This document shows, in pieces, positions 11,028 through 24,127 of a stretch of 64,000 nt of DNA. The DNA lies in assembly GCA_043228905.1 (NCBI GenBank), contig JBHGNT010000021.1:10168001-10232000 (forward strand), given 5' to 3'. The position numbers and the translations under genes were made by a program. Below the pieces are notes generated by a model. The model was given only the letters and a program-made list of their open reading frames with translations. It was not told where the DNA came from and searched no databases. Numbering within the stretch: the first letter of the stretch is position 1; every line of letters begins with the position of its first letter. The DNA comes from Azolla caroliniana (Eukaryota; Plantae; Polypodiophyta).

Positions 11028-13583
11028 TTAAACATTGGAAATAGCATCAGCTTCTATGGTGCAAGTGTTGGAATCTTCATCAAGTATTCTCTCCTCCGAA
11101 AATGATTCCATTATAGCAAATGCATCTTTCTGTCGTAGGCGGGTTCCTTGTTGACCAACCACAACCGATGCTACCCTGGCAGCTAAGCTTCCGAGTCTCT
11201 TCAAATCTGAAATACCCTTCAAGATACCATATAAGATACCAGCTGCATAAGCATCGCCCGCACCACATGTATCCACTGGGATACATGATGCCGGAGACAC
11301 ATAAATGACTTCCCCTGCAACACCAATATATGACCCCTCTGCTCCATCAGTTACTGAAACAAAAGGGCAATGATGGCTTAAATATCGGGCTGCCACAGCT
11401 GGGCTTATGTCTTTACCAAACCCACAAATTTCCCTTGCCTCAGCTGTATTGGCAAAAAGAATATCTGCTCTTTTTTCCATCAGATCCCTGCCAGATTAAA
11501 ACCCATCAGGATACTAAAATAATTAGCTTAAATCTTCCCACGTAAGAAGCTCAAACCAATTATACTGAATTGAAGGATAAAGTCTGAAGCATCCCAGAGT
11601 TTTCCTTTATTTCTCCAAATACAAAGTTTTCATTATTTCAACCTTGGTTAACCCCAAAAAGAGCATGGGCAGACAACTGGGCCCCTTTTCTCTGTTTTGA
11701 GGGTTTGACCAAGGATGTCTGAAGAAATAATAAAACATCAGAAGTATTTCACAGTTTTGACATGCAGTTTATGGCATTTACTGACCAGAATTGTTTGCGA
11801 TGCCTTGTCACACAAGAAACATCGCTTGCTGTGAGAGCGACCAATACTCCATTACCATGTGCAGTCTCACATGCTTCAAAGATGGCATCTACTGTCTGTG
11901 GAATCTCCCATAAATAGCCTTCCACTACTAGAATACGTCCAGTAGAGATAACCCTCGCAAATGTCTCATCAAAATTAATCACAGATGACATGCCCTGAAT
12001 CCAACATAAATCAACCACCCAAATCATTTAGGAAAGGTGTAATTGATCAACATATACAAGCTCAGTTTCACACACGCATACTTGATATGAAAGCATTGTT
12101 CGTTGGGCATCTGGGGTTGTAAGGACTATAACTGTCCCAGTGGTACCATTAATGATCGAAGGAGAGAGGAAATGCACATTAGCTTTAAGGAGCTTGGCCC
12201 TGTCCACAAAAAAGGAGAGGATCCAAGAACTCAATGCATTGACTGAAATACTTTGGTAAGAAAACTCCATATGATATGTGAGGAAAATTTGCATTTTGGA
12301 CATACCTGTAGAAATCTCCTAATGGATCACTCCCCACGCTTCCTGTCATTGCTACTGCAATCCTTGGAATCTTGTCTTTTGTTGTCCCTAACCTTGCGAG
12401 TGCAACAAGGGTGTTTGACAGAGATCCACCCGCTGATGCTTTGAACGAAGAACCATGCAATGCACGTAAAACCTTCCCTCTCTCTTCGTGATTTATGATC
12501 CTCCGCACACCTTTCTCTAGATCCAGACTCTCTAAAAACTCATCTCCCACCATGCCCGAAAAGTCGACCTGAAAAAGAAGGTGAGCTCGAGAATGAAAAG
12601 CCAGAAATGAGATATGCTGTGTCCAGCATCAGTTGAGATTCAGTGTTTCCATAAAATATTTTCTACCTAAATTTGTTCAGTTTGAAGGTTTTTACTCAGA
12701 AATATCTGGAAGGGTTGAAGCTTCAATCTCAATATTTGATGATGACTTTTGGATATTCCAAAGTTCACATTTTACACTAAAACTTTGAGGTTTCTCTTTT
12801 CTACTGTTGTCTATGCTGAGAATGAATTTAAGGTCATCAAGAAGGTTCGTGCAAGCATTATTTACAATAGTAGCGGGCTTTATCATGTGGCAAGTTGAAT
12901 ATACAGTTAACATTCTCATAAACGTGATGCCTTTTCAATAGTCATCAGCTTCGGCATTATGAGAACCTCTGATTGACATGAATGCACACGAACGTTCTAA
13001 TACAAAAGATGCATCTTTTCAACGATGAATATAAGCTTTATCGTTGCAAGAAAACATGGTAGCATCATGAGAAACATTCGGAACCCATCATTTGAATTAT
13101 TTGTCCCTCATTAAAAACTATTTCAAAAGAGATACCACATATCTTCTAATGGAAGAGCTAATTTTAGAGCACCATAAATGCTACAAAAGCGAAGGGGGGA
13201 AGAAGGAGCGACAAAATTACCATGGCTTGGCCAAGTCCTACAACATCCCAGCGGTCCGGGAGAGAGTTTTCTGCAGAGGGACATGGATAAGGAGACTCCT
13301 TCTGTCCATCGACATCTTCCATCTCTTCATCATATTCTCTGAAATCCAAACTGGCACTCATTACTGGAGTAAGTTTCAATAACCTGTGTCTGTGTCTCCT
13401 TCTGCTTCTGCTCTTGAGATCATTATAATCGAAGGCTTTGGACGCACCTCCGCGAATAAGAAAGGATCGCAGCACATGATTTCCACGGAACATGTGGCTT
13501 CCTCTGCAACAAAGGAGACTATCAGGGGTGGGGTTGAAGTCAATGGTGGAGAACAAGGAAGGGCAGTGGATAGAGGAGGCCAT
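11028..13583 (-). CDS. NARA5: pfkB-family carbohydrate kinase, NARA5-like (likely plastid-targeted), 5 coding exons
   Basis: Exons 13583-13221, 12568-12306, 12199-12082, 11994-11786 and 11487-11028, all with GT-AG borders and consistent phases. Motifs WDVVGLGQAMVDFSG, AGGSLSNTLVALARLG and DTCGAGDAYAAG (pfkB signature). Ser/Arg-rich N-terminus resembles a transit peptide. Confidence 0.9.
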
Positions 13584-13717
13584 GGAAGGAGAAGGAGATG
13601 GAGATGGAGATGGAGATGGAGATGGAGACGAGCAACTCCTTCTGTCTCAAGAAGAAGAAGAAGAAGAAGAAGAGATTTTGGTGGTGCTTCTCCTTCTTCT
13701 TTATCCACTCACTCAAA

Positions 13718-13927
13718 ATGTGATGTGATGTAATGTTATGTTATGTTATGTTATGTTATGTTATGTTATGTTATGTTATGTTATGTTATGTTATGTTATG
13801 TTATGTTATGTTATGTTATGTTATGTTATGTTATGTTATGTTATGTTATGTTATGTTATGTGATGTGATGTGATGTGATGTTATGTTATGTTATGTTATG
13901 TTATGTGATGTTATGTTATGTTATGTT
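13718..13927. repeat. (TTATG)n / (TGATG)n pentanucleotide microsatellite, about 40 units
   Basis: Directly visible. Flanked by (GGAGAT)n and (AGA)n in the NARA5-like 5' region and by (TCTA)n on the other side. Confidence 0.97.
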
Positions 13928-15075
13928 TTCTGTTATTTGTGTTTTTGTCCCTATGTTTTTCTCCATGTTCTTCTATCTATCTATCTATCTATCTATCTAA
14001 CTAGTCTATTTGTACCATGCTCCTCACCCACAATCTCCCCATTATGAGGAATCCTTCAATTTACTTGTACCAAGTCCTTGATGCCTACTCACTTAGCCCA
14101 TGCTAGACTTGTCGTAGCCCGATGAATTGGGCACCTCAAAACCCAATGGTTTCATTTAATATCTGAATAATCTCAAGCTATTTATCACATGCCCTCCTTT
14201 AACATGCGTGAATAGCAAATTAAGATTTTGATTTTGACCAATTACGTTTTCTTTAGTTGAAGAAAAATCACAAATTATATGTCTTTTTAGTTTCATTTTC
14301 TTCTTCTTCTTTCTTTTTTTTGGGGGGGGACTCCCAGACTATAATTGTGTGGTTAAAGTTAATTTCCATGCTATTAACAACCTCAATCTTGACCAAGAAT
14401 ATACCCGTAACTTTGAAAATGAGCAACAACCATACTTTTGCATTTATAATGCGTATGAACCTAATTCTCACTTTTAAAATCGTCCATATGCCCTTTGTCT
14501 TTATCTAGTATTTTAGTTAATTATTTAAATTGTGGCCATGAAGAATAGGAAGTCCTAGGGTGCCACGAACTCCTCAATGGTGTAAGATTGAGCCACAAGT
14601 TCATATTTATGAACTTTAGGAATTTGCCCAACTGTCAATAACCATGTATTTGACTTAATTATACAAATCATTTAGATTCCATAAAGATTGTTGATATGCC
14701 TTAGATCAAAGAGATTTCCTTATAAAAAACAAGCAAGGTTTATCCAATAAAACTCGCAAGATTTATTCTCCCGTGAACGCTTTCCTTGACAATTACGGTA
14801 ACAAATGTCTTGAGGGAGCCAACTTTTGAATTGTCAAATTGTGAATTAGGAAATGTGGTCTACGGCTTATCTTGTCATCATATCATACGTCATCAACAAA
14901 GTCAAACTATATTGCAATGCGAATGTATCACAGTTTGAGAGATGTGGAGGCTCACGTTTCACACATTATATTACAAAACTATATTATTCCTTAATGGGCA
15001 AACTACAGTCATCCATACATGCAAGATCCCATCACTTTGTTTGCCTTTTTTTTCCAACAATGGTTTATATTATGT

Positions 15076-15300
15076 CTAAAGTGATCTAGATGATGCATGG
15101 ACACTTCCAAATATTTTTAACAACTTCATCATGGATGTTTTACCTTTTTCGATTACTCTTAGAATGCCATAGGCATTTATTAGTGCACCACCTTTTGCAT
15201 ACATATCTACCAAAGCCTTGCTAAGTACAATACAACTTGTTTTTCTAGCAATCCCTTTGTCCACCATTTATGCCATTATTTCCCACACAAGCAAGGAGAC
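15076..15300 (-). pseudogene. PPR gene fragment
   Basis: Peptide ALVDMYAKGGALINAY is a typical PLS-class PPR S-motif start. Confidence 0.55.
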
Positions 15301-15699
15301 TCGTCAATCATTCATATTTTTCCCAAATTATTTTGTGATTATCACTCCACTACAATGCTCCAACTTCAATTACATTTGAGATTGATTTCCCCACATTATC
15401 AATCTAGATCTAAAATTATCTACTCGACTCCACATAATGAATTTTATTCACTTTGGTCCTATAGGTCATATTCGACCTCCCAAGGATAATATTCAAAAAT
15501 CTCCTTCTTCTTTTTTATGGTTAAACCACACAATTATATTAATTCATGCAAAACACATTGTTACAACTTCTTAGTTTTGTCTACCTATGTAGGTAGAGAA
15601 ACATGATGTAAAGCCATTAAATAACCTGAATATGCATTTGAGGAAATGAGCCCTACATGCTCCAACATCTGTTGACTTGGGAGGACGAAAGTTTAGGGG

Positions 15700-15950
15700 A
15701 CAACATGGACGCATGGGACTCAATGGCTTTGAGGAATTGAACGCACCTGGGAGTCGAAGGCTCTGAGGACTTGAACGCTCATGGGTGTCGAACATTCGTG
15801 GGAGTCGAACACTTCAAGGACTCGAATGCTCCTAAAGTCAAAGGCTCATAGGACTCGAATTGTGAGCACTATGAGTCGAAGGTTCGGAGGACTCAAGCAC
15901 TCCTGGGAGTTGAAGGCTCATAGAACTCAAAAGCTCCTAGGACTTGAGTA
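15700..15950. repeat. Degenerate ~16-17 bp minisatellite (GGA(C/G)TCGAA core)
   Basis: About 14 recurrences of GGACTCGAA/GGAGTCGAA-like cores at near-regular spacing. Confidence 0.7.
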
Positions 15951-16050
15951 TAGAAGATGACTCTAACAAGTCATTCATCATATTTCTGTAAATACATATG
16001 CACAATCTATGACCCCTCCACTTTTGCTTTTCCCACGTTTTCCACCTTTG

Positions 16051-19000
16051 GGTTGAGAATCGACTACGGCCACAACCGGTTGATACGTATGTGAATGTGG
16101 GTGCAAAGATCGTGAATGGTAGTACACAAACAAATGAGAACACAACTATAGAAATACAAAGACAAGTATTTTATGTGGAAAACCCAAAAAGGGAAAAACA
16201 ACGTGGAGTCCACAAACTCCAAATAGAATCACTATGATGGGAGGAATACAACAAAAAGCTTCAAGGCAACGACCTTGAGCTCTTCTCCATCACAGACGGC
16301 TATGGAGTTACTCACACACTTTCCCACTCTAGTTACAGAGGCGACTACCCACTATAACTATACAACAATAATAATGATCTTCAACTTACCTAACTACTTG
16401 CCCTAACTATATTTATACTCCAATATATACAATATGGGCTATTTACAAACATAGTCATAATGGACATATCTATGTTATTTATAAATATAGCCCCGACTCG
16501 GCTATTAACCAAATCGATTATTCGATTTGTCGATTTTTCGCTCAATCAATGAGGTCGACTGATCCACCTTGTGCTCTTCCCATCTGGAGGCACCAGTTTT
16601 CCCAAAAAACTCCCCCTTCACTCCAACATGGGGTGTTTCATCAGTTCGACCCGTCTTCAACACACGTCTAGCTTTACGGTTGACAGCACCTTCGTTAGCA
16701 TGTCCAACCTGTTCTGCGTTGTGTGCACCTTCAGTAGAGCAAACTCCTTCTCTTCTACCTGCTCCTAGAGCCAATGGTATCTCCTCTGGATATGCTTGGT
16801 CCTCGAGTGGTAGGCGGCATTCTTCGCAAGGTGGATGACACTTTGGTTCTCGCAATAGAGTCGGAATTCCTCCTACTGAATCCCCAACACTCCGATGAAC
16901 TCCCTCATCCAAACTATTTCCTTGTTGGCTTTCGTTGCGGCCATGTACTCCACTTCCGTGGTCAACAAAGCCACGACCTTCTACAGCCTCGACTGCCACG
17001 AGACGGCTCCCCTTGCATATGTCATCACATATCTGGATGTGGACCGGTTGGTATCTACATCAGCCGACATGTTCGAGTAGTGAAGCCTTCAAGTATGGGT
17101 TTGCCCAAGCCTAATCAGAGACACACACTCGAGGTGCCTTTCAGGTACCGAAGTATCCACTTGATCGTTGCCCAATGCTCTCTTTTGGGATTGCTCATAT
17201 ATCGGCTCACGACGTTGACTGCATATGTGATGTCCAGTCTAGTGCAAACCATTGCACACATCAAGCTTCTGACTGTTGAGGCATATGGGACCTTGCTCAT
17301 CTCAAACTTTTCCGTTTTTGTCTTCAAACATTGACCTCTGGACAACTTACTGTTTGTCGATAATGCAGAACCGACCGGTTTTGCGTCTTGCATGTTGAAT
17401 CTCTGGAGCACCTTTGCCACATATTTCTCCCGTGACAACCATAACAACTTCTTTGTCTTGTCTTGGACAATGTGCATACCCATTATTTGCTTGCCGGACA
17501 AAGATTTGGGCTTTGTATCTGGGTGGATTCCCTCTTTCTTCCGGCTTCAATTTGTATACCCACTTATTCTAGAGTGCCTTCTTTCCTTTGGCAGCTTGGT
17601 CAATTCATATGTGTGGTTCTCATGCAAGGAATCCATCTCATCTTGCATGGCACCAACCACTTTTGGCTGTGGGTATCGCTCTTAGCTTCCTTTAAGCTTT
17701 CCGGCTCCCCCTCATCTGCTAAAAATACGTATTCCCTATCTAGAAATCTCTGGGGTGAGCCTCTCTCTCTTAGAGGGTATCTATGGCCTTCGTTCGTAGT
17801 AGTCAGCTCCATTCGGTTTCTTCAGTCGACTCTTCTCTGAGTCGAATTCAACTCCTTGTTTGGTCGACTGTCTTCTTGCGACCGGTTCCCCTTGTTCCTC
17901 AATCGGCTCTTGACTTTGCCGACTATCTTCTCGGCCGACTGGTTTGTATCTGACTTCTATCGAATCGACCGATATTCAATTCAGCCAATCATCAACTCGG
18001 CTCGAATCAGCAACTGGAGGCCTATTTTCCATCTCCCAATCACTTCTCTTCCATAAAGATAATATCTTGGCTCCTAATCACCTTCTTGTCGGCTAAGTCC
18101 CATAGCCGATAGCCGAACTCGTCGTCTCCATATCTAAGAAATATGCATGTCCGAGTCTTCCCCTCCAGTCCTCTATAATATGGACATATACAAGACAACC
18201 AAACACCCTCAGATGTCTTTGCCAGTCCACACCCTTTGTGGAATATCACCGTTCAAGGGTACTAAGGGTGACCTCTTTATCACATACACCGTTTTCATCA
18301 ATGCCCCAAACCTGAATGTCTTGGACGATTGTGCATGTGCAAGCATGCTCCGGATCCTCTCCATAACAGTCTGGTTCATTCTCTCGGCCAACCCATTCAA
18401 TTCCGACATCTTCGGCACGGTATATTCAAGCTGGATTCCGTTCGACCAACAATAGTCCTCGAACTACCCTCGGTACTCATCTCTGTTGTCTGCTCGAATT
18501 TATTATAGCTTCCGGCCTGTCTCCCTCTCGGCTCTCACTTGGAACTCCTTGAAGACATATAGAACCCGATCCTTTGTCTTCAGAATGGAAGCCCAAAACT
18601 TTCAACTACAATCATCTACGAAGTTCATAAAATATTGTGAACCGGCATGTGACTTTGTGTCCACGTATCATACATCCGTATGCATGAGTTCCAATGGCAT
18701 TTTCTTCCTTGTCGGGCGCCTGGTTCGGAAGGAGGTTCTGTTCTATTTTCCAGCAAAACAATCCACACACTTATCAAGGTGCACGTTTTTCACCTTCAGA
18801 ATGAGGTCATCATTTGCAAGCTCCCGCATCCCCTGCTTACTCATGTGACATAGCCTCTTGTGCCACAACTCACCGGTTGTGCCGACTGCCACATTTAATT
18901 CCTCCAGGCATAATCGAGCATGCATCACGTACAATGTGTTTGTCTTCCAGGCTCGGGCCACACTCCGGCTTCCTTTGCAAACTTTTGGATGTTGTTCCAG

Positions 19001-21151
19001 ATGCTACCCTTGTAGCCTTCTCCATCCAGCTAACCGGCTGATATCATATTCAATCTGACTTCCGAAACGTGTCACACATCCTTTAACACTAATCGGCACC
19101 CAATTGAAGTTACCATACACACGTCTCCTATGCTGACGATTCGGCATGCTCCTTCATTTCCCATTTTCACACAACCGTGATCATCGACTGTGTACGATGA
19201 GAAGCATCCTCTCTCGGGGGTCAGGTGGAATGATGCACCCGAATCGACCACCCATGTTGCTTCATCGCGGACAAGGTTTAGCTCACCGTGCTCACTAATG
19301 AGCAACAACTCCTCCTCACGTGTCGCGATTGCTGAGGTACCTCTTCTTTCCAGAATCTTCTTCGGTTTGGCACCATCATCTCTCCATTTGTCTTTCTTGA
19401 AGTGTCAACAATTCTTTTGGAAGTGCCCCGGCTTCCCACAATAGAAGCATGTGGGCCTCCCCCTGACTTCGACCTTGTCCCCGACTTCTCTCGGTTCTAG
19501 GGACTTCTATTTCGACCTCTTCCTCGGTTCATGTCACCTTCCGTGACTAAGGCCTTTGGGTTGGTAATTGCCTCTCTATCCTTCCGACGAGCTTCCCATC
19601 CGGTCCGGCATTGCCTAGTGTGACAACGAGCGTTTCCCAGCTATCCAAAAGGGATCCTAGCAACACCAGCACCAATACCTCATTGGCAAGAGGTACTTCT
19701 AGAGATCTCTCAAATGCAGCAACGATCACGAAATAATAGTGAAAGAAGCTCTATCAGTACAACATGTTGAATTCGATGGACGGTGCTATGGGATTTGGCA
19801 TGGCATCAACATTAGTGGGGGTTATGGGCTTTGGCATCGCAACAACATTACTTAGGGAGAATTTCAGAGATTGTGGATTTCATGTTTACGAACCAACTTT
19901 GGTAAGATGCAGGAAATTTGAGGGAATTCTGGTACAGAAGTGTAATGGGCCTTTGTGGTGGCTGTTGTTATGGCTGCAATGGAAGTTCAAGCAGAGAGAG
20001 TATTATTTGGAGAGGAAGGTGCAATACACTATTGTACTATGATTGACAATATCTCTAGTTTATGGCACAAAACTTCTAGTACATAGGCCTATTTCAAGAG
20101 GACTTATGAAAGCTGGATCATTTTTGCCGGATTATTGAAGCACGAGATGTGTTCGAACGCCTTCTAACTACAAATGTGGTCTCATGGAATGCAATTATAA
20201 CAGGGCATACAAACATGGATGTTGGTTGATATGATTTTGATGTGGAAAATGAAGCATATTCCTTGAGCTTTTCATAACAATGAGTAATTGTGGATTATCT
20301 TTCCTATTATGGCATCCATAGGCAAAGATATTGAACAGAGGGCAATGGAAATGCTCTTGAAGATTTGCCGACAATAGGCCCAATTCCTATTTGCAAGACA
20401 ATCTTTTGAATAGGTCCACAACATGTGGCACTTTGGTTGAAGGAAAACGAGGTTTGGCTAACCATGCCTATGATAGACGTTGCACTATGGAATGCATTGA
20501 TCACATGCTAGGCAAACAAGGGTAATAGCTTTGTGCTGTGAAGTTATTGCCAAAATGTTGGGTGAGAAGGTGAAAAGAATCTTAGAATGCATTATTTGTG
20601 GTTTTCATAGGTCATCATGGCTAAAGCCATTGTAATGTTTTAGCTTAATAATTTCCTCATGTATGCAGAATTCTACTAATGAAGAATATTTTTTTGGAAA
20701 AAAAAAAGGTACTTCTAGAGAGGTGTTTTGGTATATCAGCCCTTGGAAGGCATTCAGATGCTCCGCCATGTTGGAGCCATCTTGATACCGGAGTCTCACA
20801 ATATTTCGGAACACTGAGACTCTGTTGACAACATTTTTGTTTTTAAACATAATGCCGATATTCTCCCTAAGCACATCTACCTTGTTCTCTTCATTCAAGT
20901 TGTTGTATAGACTCATGTCTATAAAACACCTTATATATGTTGCTGCCTTTAGATGCATCGATCTTGTCTAGCTTGGTCTTGCCATATTGCACCAGCAACC
21001 ACAAGTCTTTGCACACCAACATGTCCCCCATCTTCGACTTCCACACTATGTAGTTGGAACTGGTTAACTTGAACATTCCACCAAAATGTTCGTCCATAGC
21101 TCTAATACCAGATTGTTGAGATTCGACTCCGGCCAAAACCGGTTGATATGT
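16051..21151 (-). mobile_element. Degenerate Ty1/copia (Tnt1/Tork-like): 3' LTR ~16051-16608, internal region, PBS, stub of 5' LTR
   Basis: PBS-Met reverse complement GCTCTAATACCA at 21099-21110, followed directly by gag ATG (MDEHFGGMFKLTSSNY). Protease WVVDSGASFH, LWHKRLCHMS, NGLAERMN, VPYASTVRSLM. PPT at ~16610. The LTR stub 21114-21150 matches 16051-16090. Confidence 0.88.
19706..20706 (+). pseudogene. Retroposed (processed) PLS-class PPR gene fragment inserted in Copia gag
   Basis: 15-bp TSD AGGTACTTCTAGAGA at 19691-19705 and 20707-20721; ~10-nt A tract at the 3' end; PPR peptides EARDVFERLLTTNVVSWNAIITG and MPMIDVALWNALITC. The gag peptide SLEVP is duplicated on either side. Confidence 0.85.
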
Positions 21152-21784
21152 TGTCGCGGTATTCCGCGTGAATGTGACGAGATAGGGAGGGACCACCGGT
21201 AACAATCGGCAATGGTTCGGTTTGAACCGAACCAAACTACGAAACCGTGGTTTAACAGTTTCAACAATTCGGTTCCGGTTTAGGTTTTTAAAAACGGTTT
21301 GGTTCGGTTTCGGTTCGGTTTCAACAGTCAAAAACCGCAGTTTCAACAGTTTAACGGGTTTTCTTTTTTAATTCAAAAAAATTTTAAAAATTGTTTTTAA
21401 ACAATCTTTGCATTTTTAGACCTTATTCACACATTTTAGGAACATATTAAAAATTTTAAATAATGAAATATTCTAAATTTTAAAAAAATTAAAAATTAGA
21501 CCTATGTTGAAAACCGGAACCGAACCACGAAACCACGGTTTAACGGTTTGAAAAATGTTTAACAGTTCGGTTTTACAGTTTCGTGGTTCGGTTTGGTTAG
21601 GTTCAAGTTTCAACATTTGTAAACGGTTCGGTTCTAAACCGGTTCGGTTTGGACCCTCTCGAACCGAACCGAACTATTGCTGATTGTTAACCACCGGGGT
21701 CTCGAACTAAGGAGCCGGTAAGGGAAGCAAGAAGAAGAGATTATCCGAATCGTTTCCGGATAACTTCAGCGGTACACGGCATGG
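21152..21784 (-). mobile_element. Partial LTR of the tRNA-Trp-primed gypsy family (interrupted by a hAT element)
   Basis: Starts TGTCGCGGTATTCCGCG, identical to the LTR start at 46790. Carries the GGACCAC..GGTCT motif. Confidence 0.7.
21200..21689. mobile_element. Non-autonomous hAT-type DNA transposon (490 bp)
   Basis: TIRs TAACAATCGGCAATGGTTCGG / CCGAACTATTGCTGATTGTTA. Perfect 8-bp TSD ACCACCGG at 21192-21199 and 21690-21697. Many AACCG/CGGTT subterminal motifs. Confidence 0.9.
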
Positions 21785-22920
21785 TGTCGTGAAGGATTCC
21801 GGCTACTAGGAGAAAAGGGGCCAGGATGTGTGTGAACGCGGGTGTGCACGGATCCACACGAAACTGTATTTATCTACAAACATGTGTAAATAATATAGTA
21901 ATAGTGGAGTGTTGAGGAATACTATGTAGGAGAGATTCGATAGGTACTTTAAGACCACACGGATGAGGATTGAAGGGAGAAAATCGAGGGGAAGATCAAG
22001 GAGAAAAGCAGTTGTCTTAATAGCCTAATGGAACAAATTCCCTCTCTCCATGAGCTATAAAAGGAGGGGAAGGATATTGAGAAGAGGATCCAGGATTTGG
22101 AGGAGGTGTTGTTGGATCAAGCTCTGCAGATCTCCGTTTTCTTTCATTCTCGATTTTAGATTTTTCTGTCATTGTGCACCCGATTGGAGGCTCACTATCA
22201 CGTGCACATGCACGGGCACGTGTGTGTGAGAGAGAGAGAGAAGCTTGAAGCTCTGTTGCCGGCCACGTCTGGTTGTACTCTTTTCTAGTTCTCTGTTAAT
22301 CATTAGTATTTTGTTGAGCCTCTTCTTGTGTTTGGATATTTCCACATTGTTCCTATTTGTTGCACGTTGGAAAACGAATGCGAATGTTATTCAAACATTC
22401 TTGTGTTTTTTCTCGTTTTTTTTTTGTTTTTTTCATTTTTTACGATTATTTACCTCATCATAAATAGTTAATCCAAAAGTATGGTATTTATCATTCTTTG
22501 AGGGTGTTTTTCTTACGCGAATGGTTGAAACATTCACGAATGCAAATGCACATATGGTACGTATGGTTCATACTATGGTCGCCACGATGGGCCGGTTTAA
22601 CAGAAGAGACTTCTCGAGCTACTTGGAGGGCTATAAGGCCGAGATGCTGACGAGGGACATCCTAGAGGACAAGCATCTATCCGGAGTTCCTCGAGTTGTC
22701 TCGCCGAGCATCCACGCAAAGGTGCTCGCCATACATGCCGACTGCCGAAACTGGTCGGAGCTCAAGGAGCGGCTCCTCGAAAGGTACAAATTCGACGACT
22801 CACTCCAGTTATAAAAAAGGGCATTTATGGAGTGGGTCGAGCTACCCAGCAAAGGCCAGAGCACATTGGAGCTTCTCCAAGAGTTTGAGAAGCGTTTTTT
22901 GCGCATCTTTCGGCATTGGA
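21785..22920 (+). mobile_element. Plus-strand LTR start and gag fragment of the Trp-primed gypsy family
   Basis: TGTCGTGAAG LTR start and TATAAAA at ~22056. Gag peptide YKAEMLTRDILEDKHLSGVPRVVSPSIHAKVL is homologous to ORF 789-1061. Confidence 0.7.
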
Positions 22921-22929
22921 CTAGACCAT

Positions 22930-23500
22930 GCTCGATACGAGGAACCATACATCACGGCAACTCGGATGGAGACAAAAGTGTTGGAGCCTACACAAGGGTG
23001 AAGAGTCAGGACGACCAGCACTCCATCCAATTCTTGACGGTCAAACCAAACCATGAATGGAGTCAAGATTCTCTCGGTGGCAAAGGCCGAGAGGATTTTT
23101 AGAGAGGGCTACCAACACATGGAGCCATGATAAACCGAACTTCCGGAAGAAACCCCACAACTATACCATAGGTAGGAAGTTTTGGCTCTCCGACAATGGA
23201 GGATGTACCATAGCCGGCATCGAAGACTAGCAAAGAAAGCAAGTTGAAGGGCACTTGAAGGCATGTGGCACCTTGGGCCACGACAAAGAAATCAGTGGCA
23301 CTGTGGAGGTGGTCTCATTCGACAATACTCTCGAGGAGATTGAGAGGGTAGTCGGAGAGGATCTAAGCGAAGGCTGGATAATTCCGGTCAGTTTGATCAA
23401 AATGTACGTCATCACGGACTTCAAGAGGGTGGTCGGGTCAGATCGTTGGAAAACATATGGCATGTAGGCCATGTCATAACAAAAGCAAGTGACTGCCTCA
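22930..23500 (+). mobile_element. Possible LINE ORF2 relic
   Basis: Broken reading resembling the post-RT W..R.LS.AG region of plant L1 elements. Weak. Confidence 0.25.
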
Positions 23501-23544
23501 TGGAAATGTAGCATGTATATTCCAAGATACAATTTGTGAGTGAA

Positions 23545-23660
23545 CATTCTTATTAATAATTTAAACCAACCCAACCCATTTAATTATTTTGGAACTTATA
23601 AACCTTTAACCATGGCTTAACGGTTCGGTTCGGTTTGAGCCAAAACCGAGCCCATTCCAG
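23545..23660. mobile_element. 3' end fragment of the hAT family seen at 38800-39628
   Basis: AACCATGGCTTAACGGTT...GGTTTGAGCC.AAACCG.GCCCATT matches 39571-39625. Confidence 0.7.
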
Positions 23661-24127
23661 TCACCACCTCTTAACCCAAATAAATGAGAATCGATTATCA
23701 TTAATCAAAAACCTTAGTTCCAATACAATGGACACATCAAAAATACCTTTACACTGATTAGAAAACCTATGGCTTGGGGTATAATCATGTAATGTTTTAT
23801 TTTTTTATGCAGTCAAGCAGACAATATTGCAACCAATGTGCAGTGGCAAATATGAGCACGCTGCTGAGCACATGTACCCAAAAAATTTCCAAATAAATAG
23901 AATTTACATCATTGTTGCACTCTGAGCCACGATAACAATCTTGAAGACAAGAATCTTCCTTCAGCCTTTTTCTTTCAAAAACTGCACCAAATTTGGAACT
24001 GAGGTCCAATACCACTCACAACTATAAATTGCCAATATGACCCCAACTCATTTTGGTAATTTTGAAGTTATTACTCGCAATTTCTCTTTTGGTAGCATCG
24101 ACAATAATTTACCCACATTTTACCATC

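Noticed and set aside
13376-13733. Short ORFs with poly-L, HL and RW repeats
   Set aside because: Artefacts of (GGAGAT)n and (AGA)n microsatellites overlapping the NARA5-like 5' end.
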